Shown here: piece by piece, positions 41,448 through 52,669 of the stretch
Position numbering within the stretch: position 1 is the first letter of the stretch
Layout: the number at the start of each line of letters is the position of its first letter
Source: an uncultured Nitrospiraceae bacterium
Lineage (GTDB): Bacteria > Nitrospirota > Thermodesulfovibrionia > Thermodesulfovibrionales > SM23-35
Assembly (NCBI GenBank): GCA_963727775.1
Contig: CAVSHB010000001.1
Span: 800,001-864,000 of the forward strand
DNA: 64,000 nucleotides
Reading direction: 5' to 3'
Position numbers and translations under genes: made by a program
Notes under the pieces: model-generated
Told to the model about the DNA's origin: nothing
The model's input: only the letters and a program-made list of their open reading frames with translations
Databases searched by the model: none

Positions 41448-44400
41448 TATTTAAGCTTGAAATCTACTCTGCTGTTTTTAAGCTTCTCTTTCTTTTCAGG
41501 CTCGAGAGATTTTGGTTCTACTAAAAACATCCTGTCTGCCGTAACCTGTCCGGACTTTAATATGTAATCCTTAATCTTGAGTGCCCGCTGGGAGGCAAGC
41601 TGCCGCAAGTCGTCATCCTTCACTTCTATATGGGTGAGCATCAATTTTTCCATCTCGGGCACGGGAAGGTCTTTAGCAAAGCCAATTATGTTCCTAGGCT
41701 TCGGAAACTTTTCTTCCTTATATGCCATTTTCAGGTACTTGGCATATTCCTCTTTCTCTATAGTCATCTTATCCACTGGAACAGCAGGCTGCCCTTTCTT
41801 AACAAGGTCCTTCAGTTTCTGCGCTTTCACTTTCTTTTTGAACAGATACTGCTTAAGTCCCTCCTTGTCTTTGTCAATATCAACATGTCCCTCCATCTCA
41901 AGTTTTAAGGCCGGCCTGTCAAAGAGGGCCTTAACCAGGGTGTCCAGTTTCTTCACATCTTGCACAGCCACATCGCTGCTACCATAATCAAACTCCACAT
42001 AGCTAAGTTCCTCTCCACCTCCGAACATCGCTCCAAGAAGGGCAAAGGGTGAAGTGGCAGCCTTGGCTATCAGATTGAGCAGTATCTTAATTATTATCCT
42101 TCCGATGCTGAACTTAGGATCGTTAATATATCCGGACACAGGAACGTCCAGTTTGATTTCACCCTTTCTATTTTTAAGCAGAGCTATGGCAAGTCTCACG
42201 GGCAGTTTTGTGGCCTTGGGACTTTCAACCTTATCACCGAGAGTGAATTGGTCAAGGAATATGTTGTTTTTGGAGTCAAGTTTCTTTTTCACTATGAGGT
42301 ACTGAAGATTGAGAGAAAGCGCTCCCTTTTGTATTGTGTACCCCAGATACCTGCCGGAATAAGGGGTCACCGGGCTCAGGTCCATGTTTTTAAAATCGAT
42401 CTTTAGGTCAACGTACAGATCATCTCTCAATGGGTTTATCTTGCCCGTAATTTCAAGAGGGGCATAGTTTTCAAGTTTCCCCCGTAGATCCACGTCGGCA
42501 AACATGTTCTCCTCTGACGAAAGCCCTGATACCTTCCCCCCCATTTCAAGAAAGCTGGAGGAGTAATTGGGTTCGATGTGCCTGTCCGAAAAATTTATTG
42601 TGCCCCCTTGAAAAGTAATGGTATCTATCTTTATAAGCTTTTCGGGCTTTTGCGGTGGAGCCTCAACGACCGGTTTTGTGACAATGTCAGCAGGTTTTCC
42701 CTGTGCAGCTTCAGAAGGCTTTTGAGGCTCACTGCCTGGTATCCCTGGAGCGGCTTCTACAGGCTTTGCGTATGCCTCTACAATGGGTCCCTCAGACTTA
42801 TTCTGCGTGGAAGTTGGTTCACTGCCTTTTTCCTGCATTACTCCCTGAAGGTTTATCGAGCCGTCTTTATTTATAATGATGCGCGAATAGAAATCAGTCA
42901 GCGCCACCTGGGTTATATTGATGTAAAGGGGATTGGATGTGGCATCCATTCCTCCGAAATAAAGAGAATTCCATTTCAGAAAATCCTCGGCATTTGCTTT
43001 GTCAAGGGAAGCAAAATTCCTGACTGAGGCTTCGCCCTTGTATGAAGCCTTCATGATGCCATCTTTTGAATAACCGGTAGAAACATTTCCGTTTAACGAG
43101 ATATCGCCCTGGGTGACGATGATCTTGACACGGTCTGTAAAGTACGACTGGAACGGGGCAATCTCAACACCCTTGACATTCAGCTTCATATTTGCGGTGG
43201 GCGGATTGACGCCGACAGAGCCATTTGTCGTGACAGAGCCTTTTTTGTTGAACACAAAAGACAAAGATGCCCTGCCTTTTGAGTTTTTTGCAGTCGAAAG
43301 GTTGGTCCCCTTAAAGTTAATCCGTTCGGCAATCAGATTGACGGGCTCCTTAGGCATAGAGTCCTCTATCTTCAGAGCATAACGATCTACGGCAATTTCT
43401 TTTAGCGTAACACGCAATTCCTGCCCCTTTTGTGTCTTCCCGGGTTTTCCACTCGGCACCGCGGATTCGGGCACAAGGTTTTGGATGTTGAGCTTGCCGT
43501 CATCATAGCGTCTTATTTTTAAAATGCCCTTCTGGGTTGAAAGTGTGCCTACGTTGACCTCTCGTTTTGCGAGGTCCACTGAAGTATTCTTAAGTGATGC
43601 CTCGGGGATGTTAAGGAAATCATCCTTCTCCCCCCGCTTTCTCAGTTTCAGTGAAGTTAATGCGGCTGAAAGCTCTGCTAATCCCATCTCGGGCTCTTTT
43701 TCTGTCTTTTTAAACATATATTTTGTCGAAAGGTCGAGCGCGCCTTCCTCGACGTTAAAGAGAACGCTTTGAGAGTAATAGGGAGAATATTTCTTGAGTT
43801 GTATCTGGCCGAGTTCCAGAACGCCTTCGGACATTAATGGATTGATCGAAAAATCACTTTCGAGCTTCACGCTTTCTTTGGACTCCGTCTGCAATGAAAG
43901 ATGTGCCTTTGCCTTCTTATTCAGTGCAGTACTCAGATTATCGATTCCGATATCTATCATCTCCAGTGTGGTTTTGAAAGGTATTGATTTGAAATCTGAA
44001 AACTCTATCTTCCCGGCTGCGACCCGAATCTGATCGGCATCCAAAGAGAGAGGAGTTGTTTCCTTATCGGACATTTTTTCCTCTCGCTCTTTTTCAGGCA
44101 GAAGGGCCAGCAGGTTGATTTTCGCAGATCTGTCACGCGATATGTTCAACTCCGGCGATTGAACCATCACCCTTGTCAAGTGTATTTTTTTTGCGATTAA
44201 GTCCGATGGAGCAAAAGATATCTCAAACGCTGGGAGAGATACGAGGGGATTCTGTTTAAGGTCAACAACCTTAATTTTCTTAAACGCGACATTACCTGAC
44301 ACATTCAAGGAAGGCGGCTTGTCTCTATACTGGACATATGAAACTCCCGTGTTTACATCCAGAAATCCGGACGGCATCTTGAAGGACATCTTGAATGGAG

Positions 44401-45121
44401 AGTATGCCAAATAGAATGGTATATCCAGGTCTTTGATGCTAATATCCAAATTAGTTTCATAGGAGTCCTTAAAAGGTTTTGCCTTGCCTTTGAAAGAAAC
44501 AGGGGTGCCATTGACCTTTGCCTCAAATGACGGCTGTACGTATATGTCGACATAATGGGGCAGGCTGGATATAAAGGGTACCTTTATATCCATATCCCTC
44601 AGCTTGTGTGCTGTGTGTTTCGGGCCGTCATAAAAGTCGATACTTCCGTTAAGGATTTGTATATTGTTAAGGGAAAACCTGGGCTTTTTTTCTTCTTTTT
44701 TCGGCTTGGATTCCAGGAGGTCCGAAAAGTTGTAAGAACCGTCTTTGTTTCTAACTATGTTTACGTAGGGCTTGCTCACTTTAATCTCGCTGAGAATCAA
44801 CCCTCTTTTTAAGATAGAGATACTCTGTAAGTTCAGGTAAAGTTCATCAAAGGATACAAAGGCATCCCGGCCATTTCTTTCATTAACCAGAAATCCTCTC
44901 ACTGTTACGGACAGCACGAAGGGGTTTACCTTTACCTGCCTTATGGAAACTTGACGGTGAAGTTCTTCGGAAAGCTTTTTTGTGAGGACGGATTTGAGTA
45001 TGGGCGGGACTACAAAAAAGCCGACAACAGAGAAAACAATAAGGAATATCAGAGTCCCGATAAAAGTCTTTTTCGCGGTCTTACCGGATTTTATATCTTT
45101 AAGCTTGAATGTGATTGTCAT
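41447..45121 (-). CDS. DUF748/AsmA-like envelope protein
   Basis: N-terminal TM, NPFVLS, DGSYNFSDL, repeated beta-rich units, SPYSGRYLGY, C-terminal OmpA-like region ending RVDFKLK. Confidence 0.88.
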   Translation of the reverse strand: MTITFKLKDIKSGKTAKKTFIGTLIFLIVFSVVGFFVVPPILKSVLTKKLSEELHRQVSIRQVKVNPFVLSVTVRGFLVNERNGRDAFVSFDELYLNLQSISILKRGLILSEIKVSKPYVNIVRNKDGSYNFSDLLESKPKKEEKKPRFSLNNIQILNGSIDFYDGPKHTAHKLRDMDIKVPFISSLPHYVDIYVQPSFEAKVNGTPVSFKGKAKPFKDSYETNLDISIKDLDIPFYLAYSPFKMSFKMPSGFLDVNTGVSYVQYRDKPPSLNVSGNVAFKKIKVVDLKQNPLVSLPAFEISFAPSDLIAKKIHLTRVMVQSPELNISRDRSAKINLLALLPEKEREEKMSDKETTPLSLDADQIRVAAGKIEFSDFKSIPFKTTLEMIDIGIDNLSTALNKKAKAHLSLQTESKESVKLESDFSINPLMSEGVLELGQIQLKKYSPYYSQSVLFNVEEGALDLSTKYMFKKTEKEPEMGLAELSAALTSLKLRKRGEKDDFLNIPEASLKNTSVDLAKREVNVGTLSTQKGILKIRRYDDGKLNIQNLVPESAVPSGKPGKTQKGQELRVTLKEIAVDRYALKIEDSMPKEPVNLIAERINFKGTNLSTAKNSKGRASLSFVFNKKGSVTTNGSVGVNPPTANMKLNVKGVEIAPFQSYFTDRVKIIVTQGDISLNGNVSTGYSKDGIMKASYKGEASVRNFASLDKANAEDFLKWNSLYFGGMDATSNPLYINITQVALTDFYSRIIINKDGSINLQGVMQEKGSEPTSTQNKSEGPIVEAYAKPVEAAPGIPGSEPQKPSEAAQGKPADIVTKPVVEAPPQKPEKLIKIDTITFQGGTINFSDRHIEPNYSSSFLEMGGKVSGLSSEENMFADVDLRGKLENYAPLEITGKINPLRDDLYVDLKIDFKNMDLSPVTPYSGRYLGYTIQKGALSLNLQYLIVKKKLDSKNNIFLDQFTLGDKVESPKATKLPVRLAIALLKNRKGEIKLDVPVSGYINDPKFSIGRIIIKILLNLIAKAATSPFALLGAMFGGGEELSYVEFDYGSSDVAVQDVKKLDTLVKALFDRPALKLEMEGHVDIDKDKEGLKQYLFKKKVKAQKLKDLVKKGQPAVPVDKMTIEKEEYAKYLKMAYKEEKFPKPRNIIGFAKDLPVPEMEKLMLTHIEVKDDDLRQLASQRALKIKDYILKSGQVTADRMFLVEPKSLEPEKKEKLKNSRVDFKLK

Positions 45122-45299
45122 TAATCACATTGTATCATGATATGCGTGCAATGTTAATTCGTGCATGGTCTGAAAAAAGAGAGAAAGTCAAACATCCCCT
45201 ACAAAAAATATCAAACTTCCCTGACAGACATTTTTAGTGACAAAAGCTATTCTTATTTGGAGGTATCTGTTTGTAAAGTCGTAGGGCCGTCATACGGAG

Positions 45300-45957
45300 G
45301 ATTCATGACAGAAGGGGATGGCCGCACAATATGAAAGAAGATTTCGCCGCAAAGACGGCAATGAGCTTTGGACGATTGTATCTGCAAAACCGATTATGGA
45401 TGGCGGGGACTGTTTCCTCGGTTTTTTTGCAGTTTAAGTGAACCGGGAAAAAGGACCATATTATATATTTACCATTAATACATGCAAAGGCGGCAATGGT
45501 GGAATCTGAAGTTATGCAAACTATCGGGTCGGGTTCAGAGACAGTACTGTTAGCGGAGGATGACCCCGATGTGAGAGCATTCATGAAGGACTTGCTTGAA
45601 GAATATGGGTATAAGGTAATAGAGGCAATAGACGGAGAGGATGCAATAAATAAATTAATGGTGTATAAGGACAACATCCACCTTGCACTGCTTGACGTAG
45701 TAATGCCGAATAAGAACGGCAGAGAGGTGTACGATGAGATAAAGAAGATAACACCTGATATCAAAGTGCTCTTTATGAGCGGATATCCGGCGGATATCAT
45801 TCACAAAAAAGGGATCATTGAAAAGGGGTTCGCGTATATCGAAAAACCTGCCTCTCCGACAAGACTATTAAAAAAAATACAGGAGGTTTTAGGAAATTCA
45901 TCCTTTGCTTTAAAGTCAGAACCCTCAGAACTGGGGACAGGACAGGCGCGTCCGTAA
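45300..45957 (+). pseudogene. Remnant of a PAS-kinase-receiver hybrid; receiver ORF 45496-45957 intact
   Basis: PAC fragment YERRFRRKDGNELWTIVSAKPI, HATPase tail SEPGK..IYLP, then GSETVLLAEDD...LDVVMP...MSGY. Confidence 0.7.
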
Positions 45958-46677
45958 TTCAGCGAGTTCTTTCTGGTAAGCATAAAGGTGCAAACCGTCA
46001 CTGGCGGCATAAAGGTGGCCTACAGGTATGCCGACTTCATCTGAAATAAATTGCTGTAGTTTGACAAAACCTGCCAAATTTTCAGGCATGCCCGCATACA
46101 GGTCCCAACTCCTAAAAAAAACAGACATATTGAGTTTAGAGCGTGAATAATCAAGTTTGTCATTATCGTACGCGGGAATAACTTTAAATGTAATGAGCCT
46201 GAGACACGGCGGATCGAGTTTGCCGTCTTTGCCGCAGCAGTCATAAATATCTTCAGGCATTCCTATTTCTATTATCGCCTGATTGGTGATAGGAGTTTTC
46301 TTAAGCATGTCAATGACATGAAAGAGTGAGATATTGATGCGCTGGCCATAGGTGTAAGTCTCATTTTCAGCGAGTTCGCTGCCGATTATGTATTTCTCAA
46401 AATACTCCTGCGCTTTCTCTGCGGACGTCGGCGCTGGGATATTGGAACCTTCAGGCATTATTACGATTGGGTCTATCAAAGGGTATTCGACAACTCCCAG
46501 GAAATAAGGAAACTGGAGGCGACTCTGCTCTCCCTCAAAGGAGCCATACTGTATTGTGCCTGTCTGATACGCATGGATGAAATTGCCCTGCTCATCCGTT
46601 TCGAGAATTGCGTAAAGCGTTCTGAACCACAGGTCATTAATGGTTTTGGCTTGTATGGGAAAAAAAGACATTTTCAT
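45925..46677 (-). CDS. thyA: Thymidylate synthase family protein (short type)
   Basis: YTYGQR, DPPCL, FRSWD..AGMPENL, LHLY. Confidence 0.75.
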   Translation of the reverse strand: MKMSFFPIQAKTINDLWFRTLYAILETDEQGNFIHAYQTGTIQYGSFEGEQSRLQFPYFLGVVEYPLIDPIVIMPEGSNIPAPTSAEKAQEYFEKYIIGSELAENETYTYGQRINISLFHVIDMLKKTPITNQAIIEIGMPEDIYDCCGKDGKLDPPCLRLITFKVIPAYDNDKLDYSRSKLNMSVFFRSWDLYAGMPENLAGFVKLQQFISDEVGIPVGHLYAASDGLHLYAYQKELAELRTRLSCPQF

Positions 46678-47019
46678 AAATTAAACAACCTCCGCTCGGA
46701 TAATTATATTACATATCCGTCAAAATTCTCCATCATGATAACCGGTCTTAATGCCCTCCTAAAATTTGGAGGAGAGCCGTGGCAAAGGGAATTAATTACC
46801 AAGAGTTTTACTGATTTAAAATAATAATGATCGCATAAATTTATCGTACAAAATAATCTTAGGTTTTTAAATCGGAATTTGATAAAATGCAAATAATAGG
46901 GGATGTTTTTCAGATCGTAAAACGATAAGAGCATTTTATATGAAAGGGGGGGATTAGGAGATAAAATGCAGAATTATTTTTCCGGATAACTTGAACTAAA
47001 AAACTAAAGGGAGGGCTCC

Positions 47020-47685
47020 ATGTCAAAAAAAATAATTGTAATTTCGATGTTGTTGCTTTCAATATTCGCCTTTTCAAATTCCGCATTGGCGGTCTGGGAC
47101 CTCAGTGACAGTGGATATTGGATCAGCGGAAGTCTGACGGTCAAGGCTAATTTCCCGAACTTGGTCACTGCGACTGTTACATTGCCGAAGGTGCAGAATT
47201 TGGGTGAATATTTCATATTCTATTCAGATGGTACTTTCGAGGGTGAGCTGATAGGTACTCTCTTTGGACTCTTGGGCGGAGATTTATATTCGTATCCTTG
47301 GTGGGAAGAGGACAGCAAGGGCAACTTTACTGTCCATTTGGACGACTTAGTTGATGAATTTGCATCCTCGCTTACTGATCTTGGTCTTGATGTATCATAT
47401 AAGACCCCTAATATTACGGGAAAGGTGGATAAAAACGGGAACATAAGCGGTAAACTCAACATGGTGCTTAATTTAGGGATCGATACCTCAGGCTCGGACT
47501 TCTACACGGATTATATTACCGGCTCCATTACCATTACCACAAGCTATAAGGGAACTTATGACCCAAGCTTTTTTTCTTATTCTTTGAAGCAGGGCAAAAA
47601 GGCTTCATCCGGGATGTCTGCGAAGAAGATACTGGGAGACTTTATTACCTCAATAAAAAGCCAGTTGCCGAAGAAACAGCAGTAA
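47020..47685 (+). CDS. Exported hypothetical protein
   Basis: Signal peptide ending ALA; SD GGGAGG. Confidence 0.75.
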   Translation: MSKKIIVISMLLLSIFAFSNSALAVWDLSDSGYWISGSLTVKANFPNLVTATVTLPKVQNLGEYFIFYSDGTFEGELIGTLFGLLGGDLYSYPWWEEDSKGNFTVHLDDLVDEFASSLTDLGLDVSYKTPNITGKVDKNGNISGKLNMVLNLGIDTSGSDFYTDYITGSITITTSYKGTYDPSFFSYSLKQGKKASSGMSAKKILGDFITSIKSQLPKKQQ

Positions 47686-47764
47686 AGTTATTGCAAAGAA
47701 TCTTTAGTGACGGAAGGTAGAATCGATATTTCCGACACTCCCTTCCGTCACTTTTCAGAGCTAA

Positions 47765-48751
47765 ATGAAAAAACTGATTGTCTTAACCTTTACAATCTCG
47801 GTCTTATTCATTCCGACTGCCGCATTTTCCTGGGGACAGGCGACGCATGCGTATTTTGCAAAAGAATTGAGCAACGGAGTGCTCGATTCCGGCGAAATTT
47901 ACGGGGCTACAGCGCCGGATATATTTAATCTTATGTTTGATTCTCCATATTATGATTACCTGGTTCAGCAGACACATCATCAGAGTCTGAAGGTGAAGAT
48001 GCGGGCACGAAGGATGAAACTCGATTCTTTTGCCTTCGGATTTATAAGCCATAATGAGAGCTGGGGCGCTGATTATACCGCTCACATAAAAGGGCTCACG
48101 ACCCGGAAAGGTTATGTGATCACAAAACGCGATTTATTGGCCCCTAAGTTAAGGCCGCAATTGCAGGTTATTCTTAATGATGCAGGTGTTCAGTATGCTT
48201 CCTTAATTGCAGGTCCGCTGGCCGATGGACTGGCCCATCCTTTAATAGAAGCGGCTGTCGATCTCCTGATTAAAAGAAATGAAGATCCATTGATCGGGGT
48301 CGAAATACGTGATTCAGCCGAGAGTCGTCCTGCGGCGGTCCCTGATCTTCTCGTTGCAGCCTATGCGGGCGGATTATCTCATTCTATGAAGATATCCCCG
48401 GAAGATGCGTCCGGAATTATTCGTGAAGCTGAATCCGTGTTCCGGCAGATAATGATCCGGTACGGCGAGATTCTGACAGAAGATGAGCCGGTCGCAATGT
48501 CAGATCTGGCAGAGCAGGGAGCTGCTTTAATTGAAAGCTATGTTGAATCCATCGTGGGTACGAATGTCGATATTCCGTCCGATGTTTTAGTCGAATTCCT
48601 TGGCCTTGCCGTTCAACAGGTCGAGGACGATTACCAGACGGAAATTGAAGCAACACTGGCTTACCTGAAAGGCCGTAAGGAAATATCCAATTATCTTCGA
48701 TGTATCCAAAGCCGCTCGGTCCTTGAACGATTTATTTTTTGCAGGTATTAA
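47765..48751 (+). CDS. Exported zinc-dependent phospholipase C/P1-like protein
   Basis: Mature N-terminus WGQATH, GATAPD, SH...AD..AH, H..IE...D. Confidence 0.65.
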   Translation: MKKLIVLTFTISVLFIPTAAFSWGQATHAYFAKELSNGVLDSGEIYGATAPDIFNLMFDSPYYDYLVQQTHHQSLKVKMRARRMKLDSFAFGFISHNESWGADYTAHIKGLTTRKGYVITKRDLLAPKLRPQLQVILNDAGVQYASLIAGPLADGLAHPLIEAAVDLLIKRNEDPLIGVEIRDSAESRPAAVPDLLVAAYAGGLSHSMKISPEDASGIIREAESVFRQIMIRYGEILTEDEPVAMSDLAEQGAALIESYVESIVGTNVDIPSDVLVEFLGLAVQQVEDDYQTEIEATLAYLKGRKEISNYLRCIQSRSVLERFIFCRY

Positions 48752-48907
48752 AACGCATCCGCAGGTCGGACCTTATTACCATTCACCAAAGACTATTACG
48801 AGCATAATTTTATTATGAATATGATAGAAGCGCATGTCCGGTCCGCGTGAAAACGTGTCAGGAAAGATGGGGGATTATGCTAAAATATTTCAACCGAATA
48901 TCTGCCC

Positions 48908-49972
48908 ATGAAGATAATACATAAGTCGATACTAAAAGAATTAAGCTTGACCTTTATCCTCAGCCTTGCCTGCTTGAATTTTATCCTGATGATGGAAAAG
49001 CTTATCAGACTGAGCAGATTCCTCTCGGGTGTCGGTTCATCGACAACTGATATGGGCGCCCTCGTTATGTATATCCAGCCTCAGTTGTTTCTGCTCACGA
49101 TCCCGATGGCGCTTTTGCTTTCAACATTGCTTACCTACGGACGTCTCAACATGGATAATGAACTTGTGATACTGAGGGCCAGTGGAATGGACTTTAAAGG
49201 TATCTCGGTGCCCGTTATTATCGTCGGTCTCTTGTGTTTTTCTATGAATGTTGCCGTAAGTTTTTATCTGGGGCCCAAAAGCAGCATAGCGCTCAGGGAG
49301 AAGATGATAAATATTATCAAGATGCGCGCCCCGCTCGCTATCGAAGAAGGCAGGTTTAATACCTCTTTTAAGAACACTCTGATCTTTGTGAAGGAGAAAA
49401 CGGCTGATAATAAAATGCGGGGAATTTTTATGTATGACAACCGGAATAGGAACGAACCAAGGGTGCTGACAGCAAAAGAAGGGAAAATCTTCGCACAGGA
49501 TGAGATGAATATAAACCTTTTGCTTGAGGACGGGTATATCAACATAGTTAATGATAAAAGTATCACCGATTTGTTTTTTAAGAAATACAATCTGATAATG
49601 AAACTCGAATCCGACACCCCGGGAAAGAAGCACAGTGAACTCACTCCGTATGAGCTGATGGAGAAGATAAAGAACTACAAGAGTGAAGCCATGTCCTTAT
49701 ACCCGGAACTGTACAGAAGGTTCTCACTCCCTCTCCTGTGTATAATCCTTATGTTTTTTGGGCCGCCGCTCTCGATGATAGCAGGAAAGTCCGGCAAGCT
49801 CGGAGGGTTGACCCTTGGCCTGGCTGTGTTCACAAGCTACTATATGCTGCTTATATACAGTGAAAATCTCTTTAAAGTGGGCAAGGTCCCGCATTATATC
49901 GGCGCCTGGATACCGACTCTTGTTATTGGAATATTGGCCTTATCGATATTCTGGAAAGAAAGCTCGCGATGA
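48908..49972 (+). CDS. lptF: LPS export ABC permease LptF
   Basis: RLNMDNELVILRASG, EGRFN, AWIP; paired with the next gene. Confidence 0.88.
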   Translation: MKIIHKSILKELSLTFILSLACLNFILMMEKLIRLSRFLSGVGSSTTDMGALVMYIQPQLFLLTIPMALLLSTLLTYGRLNMDNELVILRASGMDFKGISVPVIIVGLLCFSMNVAVSFYLGPKSSIALREKMINIIKMRAPLAIEEGRFNTSFKNTLIFVKEKTADNKMRGIFMYDNRNRNEPRVLTAKEGKIFAQDEMNINLLLEDGYINIVNDKSITDLFFKKYNLIMKLESDTPGKKHSELTPYELMEKIKNYKSEAMSLYPELYRRFSLPLLCIILMFFGPPLSMIAGKSGKLGGLTLGLAVFTSYYMLLIYSENLFKVGKVPHYIGAWIPTLVIGILALSIFWKESSR

Positions 49973-51048
49973 AAATAATTCGGCGTTATTATATCATGGA
50001 ATTTTTTAAAGTAATGGGTATAATCGCCCTCGGGCTCGCGGCGGTGTTCAGCCTGTTGGACCTGGTCAACAATATTGATGAATTCTTGCCGGGGAAGGCG
50101 TCAGTCGGCGGCTTTGCTTATTACTCCTCATTAAGTTTTCCGAAATACCTTTATTACCTCTTGCCCACGTCGCTGCTTATCTGCAGTCTATTCGTGTTCA
50201 GCCAGGCATCACGCCATAAAGAAATTGTCATCATTAAAGCCGTAGGAGGACGACTTAGACGGCTGTTTTATCCGTTCATTGTCCTGGGGATTTTTTTCAG
50301 CTTATTCGGGTTTGTTCTTGGAGAGGGTGTGATGCCTAATTTTTCAGAGCGTTCTATCGAATTCAAAAAAACACATATGAAAAGCGGTGGTACCCTTGAA
50401 TTTAAAGAGGGCACCCTCTGGATAAGAGGTACGGACAATTCTCTGGTAAGGATGGGACTTTACATACCGGACAAAAAACTTGCCAGAGGAGTAAGCATTT
50501 TCATTTATGATCAAACAGCCCTGAAGAAAAGGATAGAGGCAGCAGAGGCAGTATGGTTCGGGAATGAAGGTTTACAAGGCATGTGGAAGTTAAGAAAAGT
50601 AATTATCTATGATATCGAAAAGGGCGCTGTCAGCAACATGACGGAGATGGAGTATCCGTATCTTGAATCTCCTGATTTATTCACAAAAGCAATAAAGAAC
50701 CCTGAAGAAATGGGGATAGGAGAACTTTCCCGCTATATCAGGAGAATGAAAAACGAAGGATTCAACGATCCGAAGCTTATCGTCGACCTTAACTCAAAGA
50801 TATCGTTTCCTTTGACGAACCTCTTTATGGTCCTCCTTGGGATGTCCTTTTCGGTGATGAGCAGGATAGGGGGTGGAATCGTCGCCGCAGGTCTCGGAAT
50901 ATTCATAAGTATTATTTACTGGCTCATGTACACGCTGGTGCTTTCGATGGGCTATGCGAGAATCATCCCTCCGTTTGTCTCTACATGGATTGTGGCGATT
51001 CTGTTCGGCTCGATCGCGGTATACCTTTTTATGAAGATACCTGAATAG
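49969..51048 (+). CDS. lptG: LPS export ABC permease LptG
   Basis: MKIIRRY, EIVIIKAVG, KNPEEM, KISFPL. Confidence 0.88.
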   Translation: MKIIRRYYIMEFFKVMGIIALGLAAVFSLLDLVNNIDEFLPGKASVGGFAYYSSLSFPKYLYYLLPTSLLICSLFVFSQASRHKEIVIIKAVGGRLRRLFYPFIVLGIFFSLFGFVLGEGVMPNFSERSIEFKKTHMKSGGTLEFKEGTLWIRGTDNSLVRMGLYIPDKKLARGVSIFIYDQTALKKRIEAAEAVWFGNEGLQGMWKLRKVIIYDIEKGAVSNMTEMEYPYLESPDLFTKAIKNPEEMGIGELSRYIRRMKNEGFNDPKLIVDLNSKISFPLTNLFMVLLGMSFSVMSRIGGGIVAAGLGIFISIIYWLMYTLVLSMGYARIIPPFVSTWIVAILFGSIAVYLFMKIPE

Positions 51049-51055
51049 CAGCGAT

Positions 51056-52669
51056 ATGAACAGCTTGCCTAAGGGCTATCTCTGCCTTGTACTTCACGCT
51101 CATCTGCCTTATATAAGACATCCGGAACACGAATATTTCCTCGAAGAAAACTGGCTCTATGAAGCAATGACTGAAACATATATACCGCTGCTCGATATAA
51201 TTTCACGGCTCATAGATGACTCTATAGATTTCAGAATGACCCTTTCCTTCAGCCCTACTTTGGTCGAAATGCTGAACGACGATTTACTCATGGAGAGGTA
51301 TGTAAGGCATATCGAAAGGCTCATTGAGCTTGCCGAAAAAGAGGTTTACAGGACAAGGGGAGATATACATTTTGGACCTGTAGGGAGGATGTATCTTGAA
51401 AGGTTTTCGAAGGTCAGACATTTGTTTAAAGATGTCTATGCGAAGGACATCGTCTCCGGTTTTCGTGCATTACAGGACACGGGGAAGATCGAAATTATAA
51501 CTACTGCCGCGACCCATGCCTTCCTCCCGAACCTGTCCATGCATCGGCAGGCAGTAAAGGCGCAGATAAAGATAGGCTCGGGACAGTATAAAAAAAATTT
51601 CTTGAGGCCCGCGAAAGGCATATGGCTTCCTGAGTGCGGCTTTGTGCCGGGGTTCGACAGTTATGTAATGGACGAAAAGATACGGTATTTTTTCCTTGAG
51701 ACACACGGGATACTTTATGCCGAGCCTGCGCCGAGATACGGTGTTTATGCTCCCATCTTATGCCCTTCGGGCGTTGCAGCCTTCGGCAGGGATGCAGCAA
51801 CTTCAAAGCAGGTCTGGTCTTCTGTCGGGGGATATCCGGGGGATTTCGATTACAGAGACTTTTACAGGGACATAGGATATGATCTCGATCCGGACTATAT
51901 AAAATCGTTTGTCGGTCCATATGGGACAAGGACGTACACGGGTTTAAAATATTACAGAATAACGGGCAGGACAGAGGATAAGAGACCGTATGTAAGGCAT
52001 CGGGCATTGGAGAAAGCAGCTGCGCACGCGGACAATTTCATATGTAACAGGGAGCGGCAGATACAGGGGCTATCAGAGACCCTGAAGATAAGACCGGTGG
52101 TGACCGCAGTTTATGACGCCGAGCTTTTCGGTCACTGGTGGTTTGAAGGCCCGGAATGGCTTGATTGTCTCTTTCGCGGTATGGCCGCCGAACGTAGAAA
52201 CTTCAAAACCATAACGCCTTCCGAGTATTTGAGTCTCCAGGATTGCCGGCCTGAAAATTTACAGGTATGTCAGCCGTCCATGTCGAGCTGGGGTGACAAG
52301 GGATACAGCGAGGTCTGGCTGAACGGTTCGAACGACTATTTATACAGGCATCTTCTTAAGGCAACGGAACGGATGATATATCTTGCAGATAAATATCAGG
52401 ATGCAGAGGGTATTCTTGAGAGAGCGCTAAATCAGGTTGCCAGGGAAATTCTGTTGGCTCAGCACAGTGACTGGACATTCATCATGCAAAACGGCAGCGC
52501 CGTGGAATATGCGAAAAAGCGTATCGAAGAGCATATCGGGCGGTTCAGCTTCCTCTATAAAGCGATAGTATCGGGAGAGATCCCTACGCGACGGCTTGAA
52601 GAAATGGAAGATAACGACAGGATATTTCAGGATATCGACTACCGGGTATACAGCGGGTTAAGACAGTAA
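51056..52669 (+). CDS. GH57 1,4-alpha-glucan branching enzyme
   Basis: LHAHLPY, ETYIPL, GIWLPEC, YDAELFGHWWFEG, SDWTF. Confidence 0.93.
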   Translation: MNSLPKGYLCLVLHAHLPYIRHPEHEYFLEENWLYEAMTETYIPLLDIISRLIDDSIDFRMTLSFSPTLVEMLNDDLLMERYVRHIERLIELAEKEVYRTRGDIHFGPVGRMYLERFSKVRHLFKDVYAKDIVSGFRALQDTGKIEIITTAATHAFLPNLSMHRQAVKAQIKIGSGQYKKNFLRPAKGIWLPECGFVPGFDSYVMDEKIRYFFLETHGILYAEPAPRYGVYAPILCPSGVAAFGRDAATSKQVWSSVGGYPGDFDYRDFYRDIGYDLDPDYIKSFVGPYGTRTYTGLKYYRITGRTEDKRPYVRHRALEKAAAHADNFICNRERQIQGLSETLKIRPVVTAVYDAELFGHWWFEGPEWLDCLFRGMAAERRNFKTITPSEYLSLQDCRPENLQVCQPSMSSWGDKGYSEVWLNGSNDYLYRHLLKATERMIYLADKYQDAEGILERALNQVAREILLAQHSDWTFIMQNGSAVEYAKKRIEEHIGRFSFLYKAIVSGEIPTRRLEEMEDNDRIFQDIDYRVYSGLRQ

